33,169 nt of DNA from Catajapyx aquilonaris. Taxonomy: Eukaryota. The stretch spans positions 1 to 33,169 of the forward strand of contig JYFJ02004299.1 in NCBI GenBank assembly GCA_000934665.2. The letters run 5' to 3'. This document shows positions 1 to 10,354 of this stretch, piece after piece (the first letter of the stretch is position 1; every line of letters starts with the position of its first letter). Position numbers and translations under genes: made by a program. The notes under the pieces are model-generated. The model saw only the letters and a program-made list of their open reading frames with translations, was not told the origin of the DNA and did no database searches.

Positions 1-152
1 AGGGTGGGTGGAGGGGGGTGCATGTGGGGGCCCCAGGGTTGGCGCCGGCGGCAGTAGCTGAGGCCTGAAGCGATCGCTGGTCGTCCGGTGAGGAAGAGGA
101 AGGAGGCTACCTGCCTGCTTTTGTACCTGCTTCCAGGCAGGAAGGAACAAAC

Positions 153-200
153 GAAGGAAGGAAGGAAGGAAGGAAGGTGGAGGAGGAGGAGGAGGAGGAG
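153..200 (+). repeat. (GAAG)6 followed by (GGA)7 microsatellite
   Basis: Directly visible purine-rich repeats in the intron upstream of the 372 exon. Confidence 0.9.
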
Positions 201-371
201 CCGCCGCTGCAGCTGTAGCAGCGGGCATGTCAGCTAGTGTGTTGCGCTTGTTAGGGGCCGGGGCAGGGCTCGGGCGGGTGGGCTGGGGATGGCAAATGGC
301 CCCGACGCTCATTCTTGCGATCTTTCTCTGCCAGGGCCCACCGAAATGTTTGTTTGTTGTCTTCCGGACAG

Positions 372-650
372 ATGTGGAAAAGGAGAGGTGCGGCGGTGGG
401 CTGGACAGCGCCGCGGCCAACCTGTACGAATCTGTGTGCGTCCCGGACCTGAACGACTTCTTGAGTGGTTACCCGTCGGCACCTCCTGGGGCCACCCCGG
501 CACCGGTTCCGCCACCACCTCCGTCGGCACCAGCACCAGCGCCAGCTCATTCACCGGCGCCTGCGCCATCGCCAGCACACGCATCTGCGCCGCCTCCACC
601 CTCATCTGGCTCCATGGCGCACCAGCACCAGCCCAAATCATACCTGGACG
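372..650 (+). CDS. pnt: Pointed/Ets-1-like transcription factor, internal coding exon (Pro/Ala-rich region, probably just after the PNT/SAM domain)
   Basis: Acceptor ttgtcttccggacag at 370-371 and donor G|gtcagt at 651. Phase 1-1, 279 nt. Reads (D)VEKERCGGGLDSAAANLYESVCVPDLNDFLSGY...HQPKSYLD. Phase matches the downstream exon chain leading to the ETS domain; DVEK resembles the residues following the PNT domain in Ets-1/Pointed. Confidence 0.7.
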
Positions 651-1364
651 GTCAGTTCCATTATTGTGTCATTTTCGGGTTGCTTCATACGGGGAGCGCG
701 CCCGAGGTGAAAGTGCTGCATGTGACGACAGGAAGTGGTGGCCTCCCCCTCCTACCTGCTCCCACCCCCTTCTATACAACACCTGAGCCCCGCCACCCAC
801 TTTTTCCCAGGGCTTGCGGAAGTGGGGGCAAAGGTGAGGCCGATTGTTGGCAGCGGGGGTGGGACGGTAGTCTGGACTGAGATGTGCAGCATCCGGAGGA
901 CTTTGGTCCGGGTCCAAACTGCTGTATCTCCTCCCTCCCCGTTCGGTGCAACGCACTTTGGGCGCGGGCGGTGGAATTATTTAAAACCTTTCTGGAGCGG
1001 AAGAATGCATGCTCGTGGTCCTAATTCGGGCCCGATTCATGAACCAGCAGTGTGAATGGGGTTGCCGGTGTATGTGTTGCCGATGCGGCTGCCAAGACGC
1101 GTTGCGTCACTTCCGGGGGAGGGGGTGGAACGAGGCCGCCGAACTTGAGCCACTTGTTTGATTTTGGCCCGGGGTCCATTCATTTCGCAGCAGTCTTTTC
1201 TCCCCATCCTCCACCCTGCCTGCTGCCCTACTGCTAAGCGCCGGAAATACTCTCCTCTTCTCCACCTCCTCAAAATACTCGGGAGCTGCCCAGATTGGGT
1301 TTGTGAATGGGATGCATGGGGGAAAGAAGGGTCGGGCTTTTTGAGAGGCAGCCCCACCCCAACT

Positions 1365-1436
1365 AGTCCCGTAGTTCAGTGGAAGAACGTCGCTCGTGGT
1401 TCGAGCGAGACCTGGGTTCGATTCCCAGCGGGGCGA
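1365..1436 (+). ncRNA. tRNA-like (pseudo-tRNA / tRNA-mimic) element, copy 1, intronic in the ETS gene
   Basis: Acceptor GTCCCG/CGGGGC, U8-A9, D arm GTTC-AGTGGAA-GAAC, non-canonical anticodon arm TCGCTCG-TGGTT-CGAGCGA, variable region GAC, T arm CTGGG-TTCGATT-CCCAG. A- and B-box present; TTTT at 1458-1461. Confidence 0.7.
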
Positions 1437-1549
1437 GCGGGGAGTGTTGCCAGGGAGTTTTGCGGGTGGGTCAGGTCGCGGCGACGGATGAGCTGAGTGT
1501 GGTTGGGCATAACACACGTGTGATCCATGCACTGGTCCTTCAGCCGCAG

Positions 1550-1801
1550 GCGGCGGATTCAGCCATCAGTTGGGCGAGACCAGCATGCTGGAGTCCGGCC
1601 CCGGGTCGGCGCCGGGGGCCGGCGGAGGAGGGAGCGGTGGCGGTGGCCCCGATGCAGCCCCCGGCTCGTATGAGACCTCCGACCCCGACTACCAGGCGTT
1701 GGAGGGCGGCAGCGGGGGAGCTGCCCCTTCGTCTCAACACTACTTGGACGGCTCGTCGCCCGAGTTCTACCCGCAGTACCTCAAGAGCAACTTCGGCCGC
1801 G
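1550..1801 (+). CDS. pnt: Pointed/Ets-1-like transcription factor, internal coding exon
   Basis: Acceptor ccttcag|ccgcag| (in-frame alternatives at 1544 and 1550) and donor G|gtgagt at 1802. Phase 1-1. GC-rich codons, reading (G)GGFSHQLGETSMLESG...YETSDPDYQALE...SPEFYPQYLKSNFGR. Confidence 0.75.
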
Positions 1802-2949
1802 GTGAGTACCCACTCTTTTTCCGACACATCCGCTTTTTCGGCACAAATTTAGCACGTCCAGACCACTTCCCAGTGTGCCATTTTCTTGATTCAGCGGTGT
1901 TTTTTTTGCGTCTAAAAGTAAAGTTTGGCGTCACCTACGCAAATACTCAGGAATGGTGTGTACTGTTGCCGCCGGACGGACCTGTAATGACCATAGCTCC
2001 ACTTTCAGCTTGTTTCGTTAATTTCGGGCAACTTGGCGGGGTAGAAATTCTTGGCATCAGGGAGAACTTCTACGGCGTAACCTACCGCCCGGCCCATTAC
2101 CATGGTCGGTTTAAGTCTAGTTTTTATGCCCAGTATAGTACATAATGCATTAAGCCAGCGGTCGGTCCCCGTCGCGGTGGTGTGCCGCCAGGGTCTTGCT
2201 GACGGGCGTCGAACTGATCTAAATCCAAGTCCTCTCTTTTGTTCTTTTAGGCCAATGACGCGTGATTGCATAATTACAGGGGTGTATAGGTGGGCGACGG
2301 CGTCCTTTTGTCCCTTTGTCCCTTTTTGTCCAATGAACCACCAACCAGACCGCGAAATAAATCTTGTCAAATAAGTGTATACGGGGGGTGATCTATTATT
2401 GGCGAATTTTTGTACACAGGGTTCGAACATGTCTCGTAGTGCGTGGAAGCGACAGTACAGATAAGGATCATTGGTTAAAAACAATAGCCTACTGGTATTG
2501 TCTAATAATTGAGAGCCAGGAGTATTTTAACAATTGAATCGCAACATTTCCGGACGAATTTCGTTACGTTCGCTTGTGACTTGGTTATAGACGCAGAGTT
2601 GATATAGTACATATAGGATTGCGATGTGGGGTGGTGGAAAAGAATAGCAAATATCCTCCCCGACTTCGTTCCGAATTGCTAACGACAATTATTGGTTTAA
2701 TTTCGGCTCCATTAGAGAGATAAGCGACTCTCAGTTTTTGCCATCCATTTGGGGCCTTGTAGTCTGGATAGCGGAGGTAACTTATCCGTGGAATAACTTT
2801 GCATTTTTAACATTTTGGTACGTTGCCCCATGGGTGAGTTACCTCCGATGTCTGTACTAATTCATACCCCGTTATCAGCCTTTTTCGGCTCTTTAGGGGG
2901 GAAGTTTTCTTTTGACTGGAACTCTTTGCTTTCATTTTACTGCACTTTT

Positions 2950-3130
2950 TGGGATGGGATAGGGACGGAAGGAAGCGGCTGTGGCCTGTTAATGACGGAA
3001 ACAACTCCGGAATTTTCCTAGAGGGACCGTGGGAAACCACAGAAAACCACGGTCAGAGTTGCCGGCCCCGGGATTTGATCCCAGGACCTCCCGATTAGCA
3101 GTCCGACACCGTATATCCCCTACTCCAAAC
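2950..3130 (-). mobile_element. tRNA-derived SINE relic
   Basis: Minus strand has a tRNA head (tcggactgctaatcgggaggtcctgggatcaaatcccgg, degenerate B-box) followed by ggttttctgtggtttccc...aggccacagccgcttccttcc, a body typical of insect tRNA SINEs as I recall them. Boundaries approximate. Confidence 0.7.
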
Positions 3131-3198
3131 TGCCTCGGTACCCGATGTCTGTACTATAGGGCCGATAAAGGTCAACTAATATCGTGCGGAATATACTA

Positions 3199-3552
3199 CA
3201 GGCAACTCCCGACTTACTTGGATCCGGACTTACGTAAAAATTCCGACCTGCGCAATAATCTACGGCATTGACAAACTGGTAACGTATAAAATGCGGCCAA
3301 TTGTGAGAAAACGGCGCGGCGGGCGCTAAAGGCAACTCAAACCTGCCCGCCTAGGCTCATTCCCTCAGTCATTTTGCGACCAAATTATGGGCCTCGCGAA
3401 GAATACCTTCCCGCTCGCAACAGCCTCAATGTGATAGGACAGTGACTGCAGTATCTGTGTATAAGTACCGCACAGTATACTGAGTAATTTTTAAAAACAG
3501 GTTCCGAGTTACGTAAAATTGCGGAACGATCCACGTAAGTCGGGGGCTTCTT
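3199..3552. mobile_element. Tc1/mariner-pogo-type MITE (degenerate)
   Basis: TA|caggcaactcccgacttacttggatc on the left is inverted against gatccacgtaagtcgggggc on the right. Internal repeat ttacgtaaaa near both ends; no ORF. Confidence 0.6.
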
Positions 3553-6500
3553 TATTCGTCTACTTAGAAACTGCTTAGAAATGGTGGCCGAGTGGGTTAC
3601 TCTGCAGGATATTCCCGCAGCTGCAGGTAGACGACCACACTTGACGAAACGAAAATTGACAATCGATTACATCTCCGCAACAGAACCTGCAAATGCAAAA
3701 TCATCTGAATGTTTTTGAGCGATATAGTACACCTGTAACGGCCATCACATAACGCGATTATTCCAGTACGCTAATGTAATAAGGTACAAACACACACATA
3801 GGAAGCGGTCTTATCAGGAACTGTTCCGTCCCTCAACAACATGCGGTTGGTTTTAACTTATCTACATTTTGAAAACAAAACGTGGTAGAGAAATTGTTGC
3901 ACAGGGTAACCCCACAGGAAGTGACAATCTCTCCTGGCAGTGTCGTAAATAATGAGCATGTCAATGTGACTCTAGAATAAATGGGGACACCGTCGATGTT
4001 CGCAAATACACGTGAAAACGACAACAAACAGCCGCACACTGCCAAAGCGTAAAGTCGCACCGTCCACATCTTTATGCTCGCGACTGTACCATGCAAAAGC
4101 TGGACTCTTGCCTGACCAATGATATCGGGCTTAGGGTGCATCAGAAATAGGACGTAGAAAGGTGCGCCAACTCAAAATGTGCAAGGATTGTGCTGGCACG
4201 ATGCATCCGTTGGCATCAGATGAGCGCCGGCGTTAGCACTTTCCGATTATAAGAGGAAGAACTGAGGTCAGTTCATAACTGCTCCAGATCAATGGGAAGT
4301 GATGACCCGGCCAACCTTTTGTTTGCACCTGCGTGTATGGGTCGTATCTTTGCGTTGATACTATTATTCTGAAGGGGGATGACCACGTGCATTGGGCGGA
4401 TACTGGCAATTATTGATGATCATGCGCGGTACGGGCTCGTATACGGCGGGGTTCCGTTATTTGCGACAGATTCGTTACAGGCAGGTTGAGCGTCATTAGC
4501 ATGTTGCGACTTCCTTGTCATGTGAAGTGATTGTCCAGAGGGACGAGCCAGGTTGAACATAACGCGTGCATCAGTATTTTGCACATCCTGTGAGACACAT
4601 CGGTGTGTCACGAATATCGTGTGCAGTATAGGGATGGTGCAATATCACGTGACCTTTGCGCAATGTCGCTGGTAACAAAATCCCTTTTGAAAAGGATCGA
4701 CGATGGTGTATTCTTACAGGGCTCTCCTATCAGGCCAACCCAGTCGACTTTGGAAATGCGATGACCTCATAACCTCCGTGCCCTCCACCTTAGATGCTCA
4801 CGTATCAGGTGAACAATTGATCCGAAATGAAACCGTTTGTCCGACTAGTCCAGCAAAATATACTTGCTCCTCAGGTCGCTACCGCACCTGCCTGTTTTTT
4901 CCCCACCATTTTTTATTATTATTTAGCCTGAGGCCACCTTCCCCACCACCACCACCCTCCCCCTGTTCCTTTGTTTCCGGCCGGCCGGCTGCTGCCGCCC
5001 CCTCACCTTGATTGTTACTTAGCTTAAGGCCGCCGCAGCTGACGCCAACTTTCTTGGCCATCCGGCATGACAAGCAAGGTGGCCCGGTGGAAGCGGCCGG
5101 TGCAACCGATCGCTCGGCTCTAATATTTCGGAGCTGGCCTGCTGATTATTATGGAGATACTCCTGGTTGTTAGCCACGCCATGTATGTGCGTCATATGCG
5201 GCCTGAAAGATGGACTCATTTATGGTACAACAGGTGCCATCGGGAGTGTCCAATACCTGTACAGTAATTAAAATGATCACCTCTATAGTAATTAGCATAG
5301 GGTTTGGTCACAGAGAAGCGTAATTTAGAAATTGCGCACGGAATAAAATCCACGAAGGTGATTCACCATGAACCGTCACTTTTTTTGTGGAGTTTGGCAA
5401 GTCTGGTTACTCTTGCGTTGATCCGGTTGTCACTGTGGCCATAATGGGTATGTGACTTGGCGATTTTGTGTAATGAGAGGCGTAAACATGTTTTATTATC
5501 CGCCCACCCGAACAATACCTTTAATTTTTTTTTTTATAAAAAATTGTTCGTAGCTTTTAATGGAGTAAAGGCTCGTGAATTTGCGGTTATCACGTTTTTA
5601 TCCCGAACCCGTCAATTGCACGTGTTTTTGCGAATTGTTACAAAACCTGACCAACTGACATCGTATTGACGCAGCGCGTGAAATTATTTCTACGTTGAAA
5701 TTGCGTGCAACCAGATGTGTGAAATTGCTGTCTACGCTTCCAAATATTTACGCGCTGTGCTGAGTCAGCTTACCAGGGCAGATAGTATGGACAAACTTGT
5801 CCGTTATCAAGCCCAGCCAGGGGAGATATATCCATGAAGAGGGAGGGGGAGACAAAAAAAAAACTCTGCTTCTGTTTCATATTTTATCAGATATGTTCAT
5901 TCAGTTCTGTTCCGTTATTCTAAAGTCAGTTTTTTTAATGAACCGTTGTCATTCTCGGCAGTTTATGTCCGCTGGACTTATTTCATTTATTCGGTTTTTT
6001 ATTTTATTTTATTTTTTTACATAGTCTGTACTCTGTACTTGAGCGTGCCGTAACGCTGGCATAGGGAACCACCACATACCATTGCCACCTACTTTATAGA
6101 CGACCCCATAGCTACATCCGGTAGACGACATTGTTGTCTGTCGATAGTGCAAATTCTGTAAGTGGATTACGTGACGACCTTGTCCCGTAATGGACGCAAT
6201 GTAGTCCATAAACCATGTTTTTTCGATATTTCGCTGTAGAATTGCAGAGTAGAAAGTGCTGAATCATCCGCTGTTATTCAGAATGCGACATGCAACAGGT
6301 GCTATAGTCATTTCTGTTTCAACTTACATTATTAGGAAAACTACACTGCTTTTATTTTTGATCATAATAGTTTTGCACATGTTATTGAGCTTGTGACCCA
6401 TCCATATGGATATACTAGTTTCAGTGAGTGAATTATCGGGAAAGTCCAATGACACTTTTAAGGACAAGGTTGGCCGCTGCATGAATCTCAATGAAGGCAT

Positions 6501-8220
6501 AATTAATACAGATGAATGCTGAGACGTATCGCAATAGGCCAGATTCTCAATTGTAAATTGAAGTGCTGACCCACACTTGCAAGGTCGGTCAATTGAGAGG
6601 CAACACGGGCGACATTTACGTGGCTGAATAATGCGAAGACAAGAAAGTTAATATTGATGAAAAGGCACGTTGGTGGACGATAGGCTTCGAACAAAAACCG
6701 AGTCAGCAAGCAATTGTTATTATGGAGAGTTGCCTCCACCTGCTGAGGAATGCTGTGTAACACCTGTAAATAACGAGTACACCTGTTAGCATTATTTTGA
6801 TTCCACGACACAAGTCTCTGACTGAACATAAGCAAGGATAATTGTGAACTGTTTTATCTCGATATGGCTAAAAGCGTCTTAGTCACAGAACTTAATGTGT
6901 TACGGCTGATACCGATATCGGGGTAAATAAACACCGTGTTAATATATTGTAAATTATTAAATCGATTTTGTGTTACGTTATTGTTTACGACACTTTTAAG
7001 ATGCAGGTCGTGCAATTTCCGGTATTGCATGTGCATAATTTAGCGTGAAATACTGTAGTTGGCCCAATGTCACCCTCAGTTCATGGCAGAAAATCGTGTC
7101 CAACAGAAATCTCTCATTACTCTTGGGCAAATCTGAACATTACTGGAAGTAAATAAATATTTGATAGGTAACAATCCGAAACCAATTTTCGTTCCACCCA
7201 ACTTGCCTCTTCCTAGAACATGTATTTTTTTTCCATGTGGGAGGAGAAAATTGAGGATGCGCCTCCCATAAGCAGGGCTAAAATTGCACAAATGAAGTCA
7301 AGGTCAGGGGGGATCATTAAAAAAAAAAAAATACGGTCCTGCGGTCCTAATGGTGCATTTCAGCCAAACGGTGTTACGAAAATCTCAACACGACGCCAAG
7401 TTCCGGTAATTTGTGCGTTTCTGAAGGACCACCGTTTTGGGCTGGTATATGTGGCACGTGTTTCCCCGGTGGTGGGCGTCCATTTCCGAATCAAAATGAT
7501 AAATTCAGACTTGTATCTAGACAAGGAAAGTTTTGATTGCAGGTTGAATGGCCCATTTAGTGAGGAATCAAATGTCCGACTGCTCGCCTTGGACACTTGC
7601 CCGTAGAACATTGTCGTTTGTCAGTGTTCAATGAGGACTTTAATCTAGGCCTCACTTTGAGATGAATTAAGGAAAATATGAAGATATTTTGTTACATGCA
7701 TGCTGTCGTATTCTACATACTTTTAAAATGTCTTCCCCCCCCCCCCTCCCCCCTGCAGGATGCAAAATCATGGTGGCAGTTGAGATAGTGTGGTGATGCT
7801 TGCAACATTACTAACATAATAATTGCTAGAGCAAAAGGTGACTCACCGCCTGCTTTTCATGCAAATTTTGGTATTAAAATGCTTAATAAGAGATAGTGGT
7901 TCAAGTTGCAGTTCAAAAGTTGAAATTCGACACAGGTTCCCAGCTAAAGTAGCCTTAACCTCGGGTTTAAACTTCATGTAGGTTGCAAGTTCATGGGAAG
8001 GATGGGGTTGACAACCGGACTTATCTGAGGTGTGTGATGATGAACTCGTGGGACGTATTGAATTTCAAGGAAAACTGACCAGTAGGGGACGTTGCGGCTA
8101 GAAATATGTGGTAGCCACCGCAGTTGTCGTGCTGGAAAGGTGCTGGACAGTTCAGAATAGTGAATCTCGCTCAGGATGTGGTTGTGGAATGCTGCAGACT
8201 GGAATGAAATCTGGAATGGG

Positions 8221-8520
8221 CCTACCGATGGTGCTACCAATGCTGCTACCCATGGTGCTACCAATGGGACTACCAATGGTGATACCAATGGGGCTACCGA
8301 TGGTGATACCAATGGTGCTACCAATGGTGATACCAATGGTGCTACCAATGGTGCTACCAATGGGACTACCAATGGTGCTACCAATGGGACTACCAATGGT
8401 GCTACCAATGGGACTACCAATGGTGCTACCAATGGGACTACCAATGGTGCTACCAATGGGACTACCAATGGGACTACCAATGGTACTACCAATGGTATGA
8501 ATGGGACTACCATTGGTACT
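8221..8520. repeat. 12-nt tandem repeat array (ACCAATGGTGCT / ACCAATGGGACT / ACCAATGGTGAT), about 24 units
   Basis: Directly visible, no spacers. Produces the repetitive ORFs TNGA/TNGT, MVLP/MGLP, VAPL/VVPL and IGST/IGSP. Confidence 0.95.
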
Positions 8521-8991
8521 ACGACCCGGAATACAGATGGGAATACACACCGTAGGTGTTAGGTTTATGTGAAAGGAGGAGTTGACAACTTACCTGCAGT
8601 CTTTTAAGACCCACTTGTGACGTGATGTAAGGTGTAGTTACATGAGGGGCCCAGGCAGGCTAGTTTCATGGTTGCAATTATATAGGCTGACTACAGCTGA
8701 CTTTAGCAGATTTCCATCTATGGCCAAGTCCTCTCAATCTCATTTCGAATGCAACTGGTCCTCAGGATCAAAGCATGAGTTGAATTTAATTGGAAAATGA
8801 TCAGTGACACTATGAGGAAATTGGATCTGGAGATGTGTGTGATAGCTTCAGTTACCTTGCTGGCAAAGTAGTCGATGGTTCAGAATAGTAATGTCCCCTA
8901 AGATGTATTTCTGTGCAGACATTGTGTTACCTCTTTTGTTTAACCCTCACTGCATTAACCTACAGTAAGGTAATTTTGTCTTTCTGAACAG

Positions 8992-9312
8992 GTCGGTATG
9001 GCGCCAGTGACTATGGCGAGGCTTATGGAGCCAGCCCGCACTACGACTCGCCACCCTTCCAGACGGTCCCCACTGCTACCCCTGCCCCTGCCCCTGACCA
9101 GTGGGCACCCTCGCCTTCAGAATTGGCCCATGCGCACCATTTGCACGCTCACCATGCGCATGCAACATTTCTTCGTGAACCTAGTGCCCAGGCTGCGCCC
9201 ACGACACATGGCCATGCCCACGGCCATGCCCATCCTCACAGCCACCCGCATACCCAGCCCAACGGTGATACCAAACCAGTGATCCAGGCCTCTATGCTAA
9301 ACAGCTACACAG
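8992..9312 (+). CDS. pnt: Pointed/Ets-1-like transcription factor, His-rich exon before the ETS domain
   Basis: Acceptor ttttgtctttctgaacag at 8990-8991 and donor G|gtgggt at 9313. Phase 1-1. Reads (G)RYGASDYGEAYGASPHYDSPPFQTVP...HGHAHGHAHPHSHPH...DTKPVIQASMLNSYT, in frame with the ETS exon. Confidence 0.85.
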
Positions 9313-9413
9313 GTGGGTGCTACATTGCCATTAAAGGTGTTTAAATCTACAAGTATATACTCTATACTGTACACATCTCATATACCCGGGTTCTCATTGA
9401 CTAATTTACACAG

Positions 9414-9711
9414 GTGGTGGGCCCTGCTTCACTGGCTCCGGACCAATCCAGCTGTGGCAATTTCTGCTGGAGTTGCTGACGGACAAAAGCTGCCAAAGCT
9501 TCATTGCCTGGACAGGAGATGGTTGGGAATTCAAGTTAACCGATCCCGATGAAGTGGCGCGTCGCTGGGGCATCCGCAAGAACAAACCTAAGATGAATTA
9601 TGAGAAGCTGAGCCGAGGCCTGCGATACTATTATGATAAGAACATTATCCATAAGACCGCAGGCAAAAGATATGTTTACCGCTTTGTGTGTGACCTGCAG
9701 AACTTGCTGGG
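9414..9711 (+). CDS. pnt: ETS DNA-binding domain exon, Ets-1/Ets-2/Pointed subfamily
   Basis: Reads [98 protein letters not shown], the Pointed/Ets-1 ETS domain. Acceptor tttacacag, donor GG|gtgagt at 9712. Confidence 0.97.
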
Positions 9712-9787
9712 GTGAGTAGAACCTGTTTGTTTACCTCAGAACTCAGGAGGCAACAGAAGGTAAAATTGTTGCATCTTTTCTTGACAG

Positions 9788-9851
9788 ATATACCCCAGAG
9801 GAGCTGCATGCAATGGTTGATTTGAAGCCTGAGAAGAAGGAAGACGACTGA
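9788..9851 (+). CDS. pnt: Final coding exon of Pointed/Ets-1-like gene
   Basis: Acceptor cttttcttgacag at 9786-9787, phase 2. Reads (G)YTPEELHAMVDLKPEKKEDD with TGA at 9849-9851, matching the Ets-1 C-terminal YTPEELHAML motif. Confidence 0.95.
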
Positions 9852-10344
9852 AGAGATGCACTGTCCGCTTTGTGTTCCATCCAGCCTCGAGACCGCTCTT
9901 AGTGCCTTCTGGTGGAGAAGCGAAGACAAAGATGAGGAGTAGGAGGAAGGGGAGGGAGGGAGAATGGACCAGTGCTGCCCCAGCAAATGCTGGCTTTTCC
10001 GGGCTGCCAGGCGACCAAGCACATACACTTCGAGGTTTGCTCCCTGCCGATGGAACAAAAAATGAACAAGTGTAGTAAGTTAAAAAAAAAAACAACTTAG
10101 GTGTTTTGCAATCATGCATTTTAAGTTAATGTACATAAATTTTAGTTTATGTATGACATTGATTGTTGTGATTGATTTGGAGCCAAAGGCTGTTATAAAG
10201 CGTACTAGACTATTGACATGACAATTTTGTCCAAGCAGTGACAATCACGAGGACGCTAGTTTTTTCATCTAAGAGGATTTTTGTACAGGAAATCAAAGAT
10301 ACCAACAAGGTTACAAAATATTCTGTGTTACAAGGTAACGACCA

Positions 10345-10354
10345 AATAAATAAA
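10345..10354 (+). terminator. Candidate polyadenylation signal of the ETS gene (overlapping AATAAA; a further one at 10665-10670)
   Basis: AATAAATAAA in the AT-rich region about 500 nt after the stop codon. Confidence 0.35.

Noticed and set aside
227..880. 217-aa single-exon ORF
   Set aside because: Only 372-650 is bounded by splice sites and looks coding. The rest is GC-rich intron read-through.
1365..1436. Functional tRNA-Thr(GGT) gene
   Set aside because: 1-72 mismatch, oversized anticodon arm, G32 and pyrimidine 37 if forced into a 7-nt loop, and G34 Thr anticodons are atypical in eukaryotes. Treated as a mimic or pseudo-tRNA.
4703..5011. Alternative ETS exon starting ctcctcag|GTCGCTAC (GRY, like exon 8992)
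   Set aside because: Similarity is limited to three codons, and the frame runs into low-complexity sequence and a stop without a clear donor.
8221..8520. CRISPR array
   Set aside because: Contiguous 12-nt units with no spacers, eukaryotic context and no cas genes.
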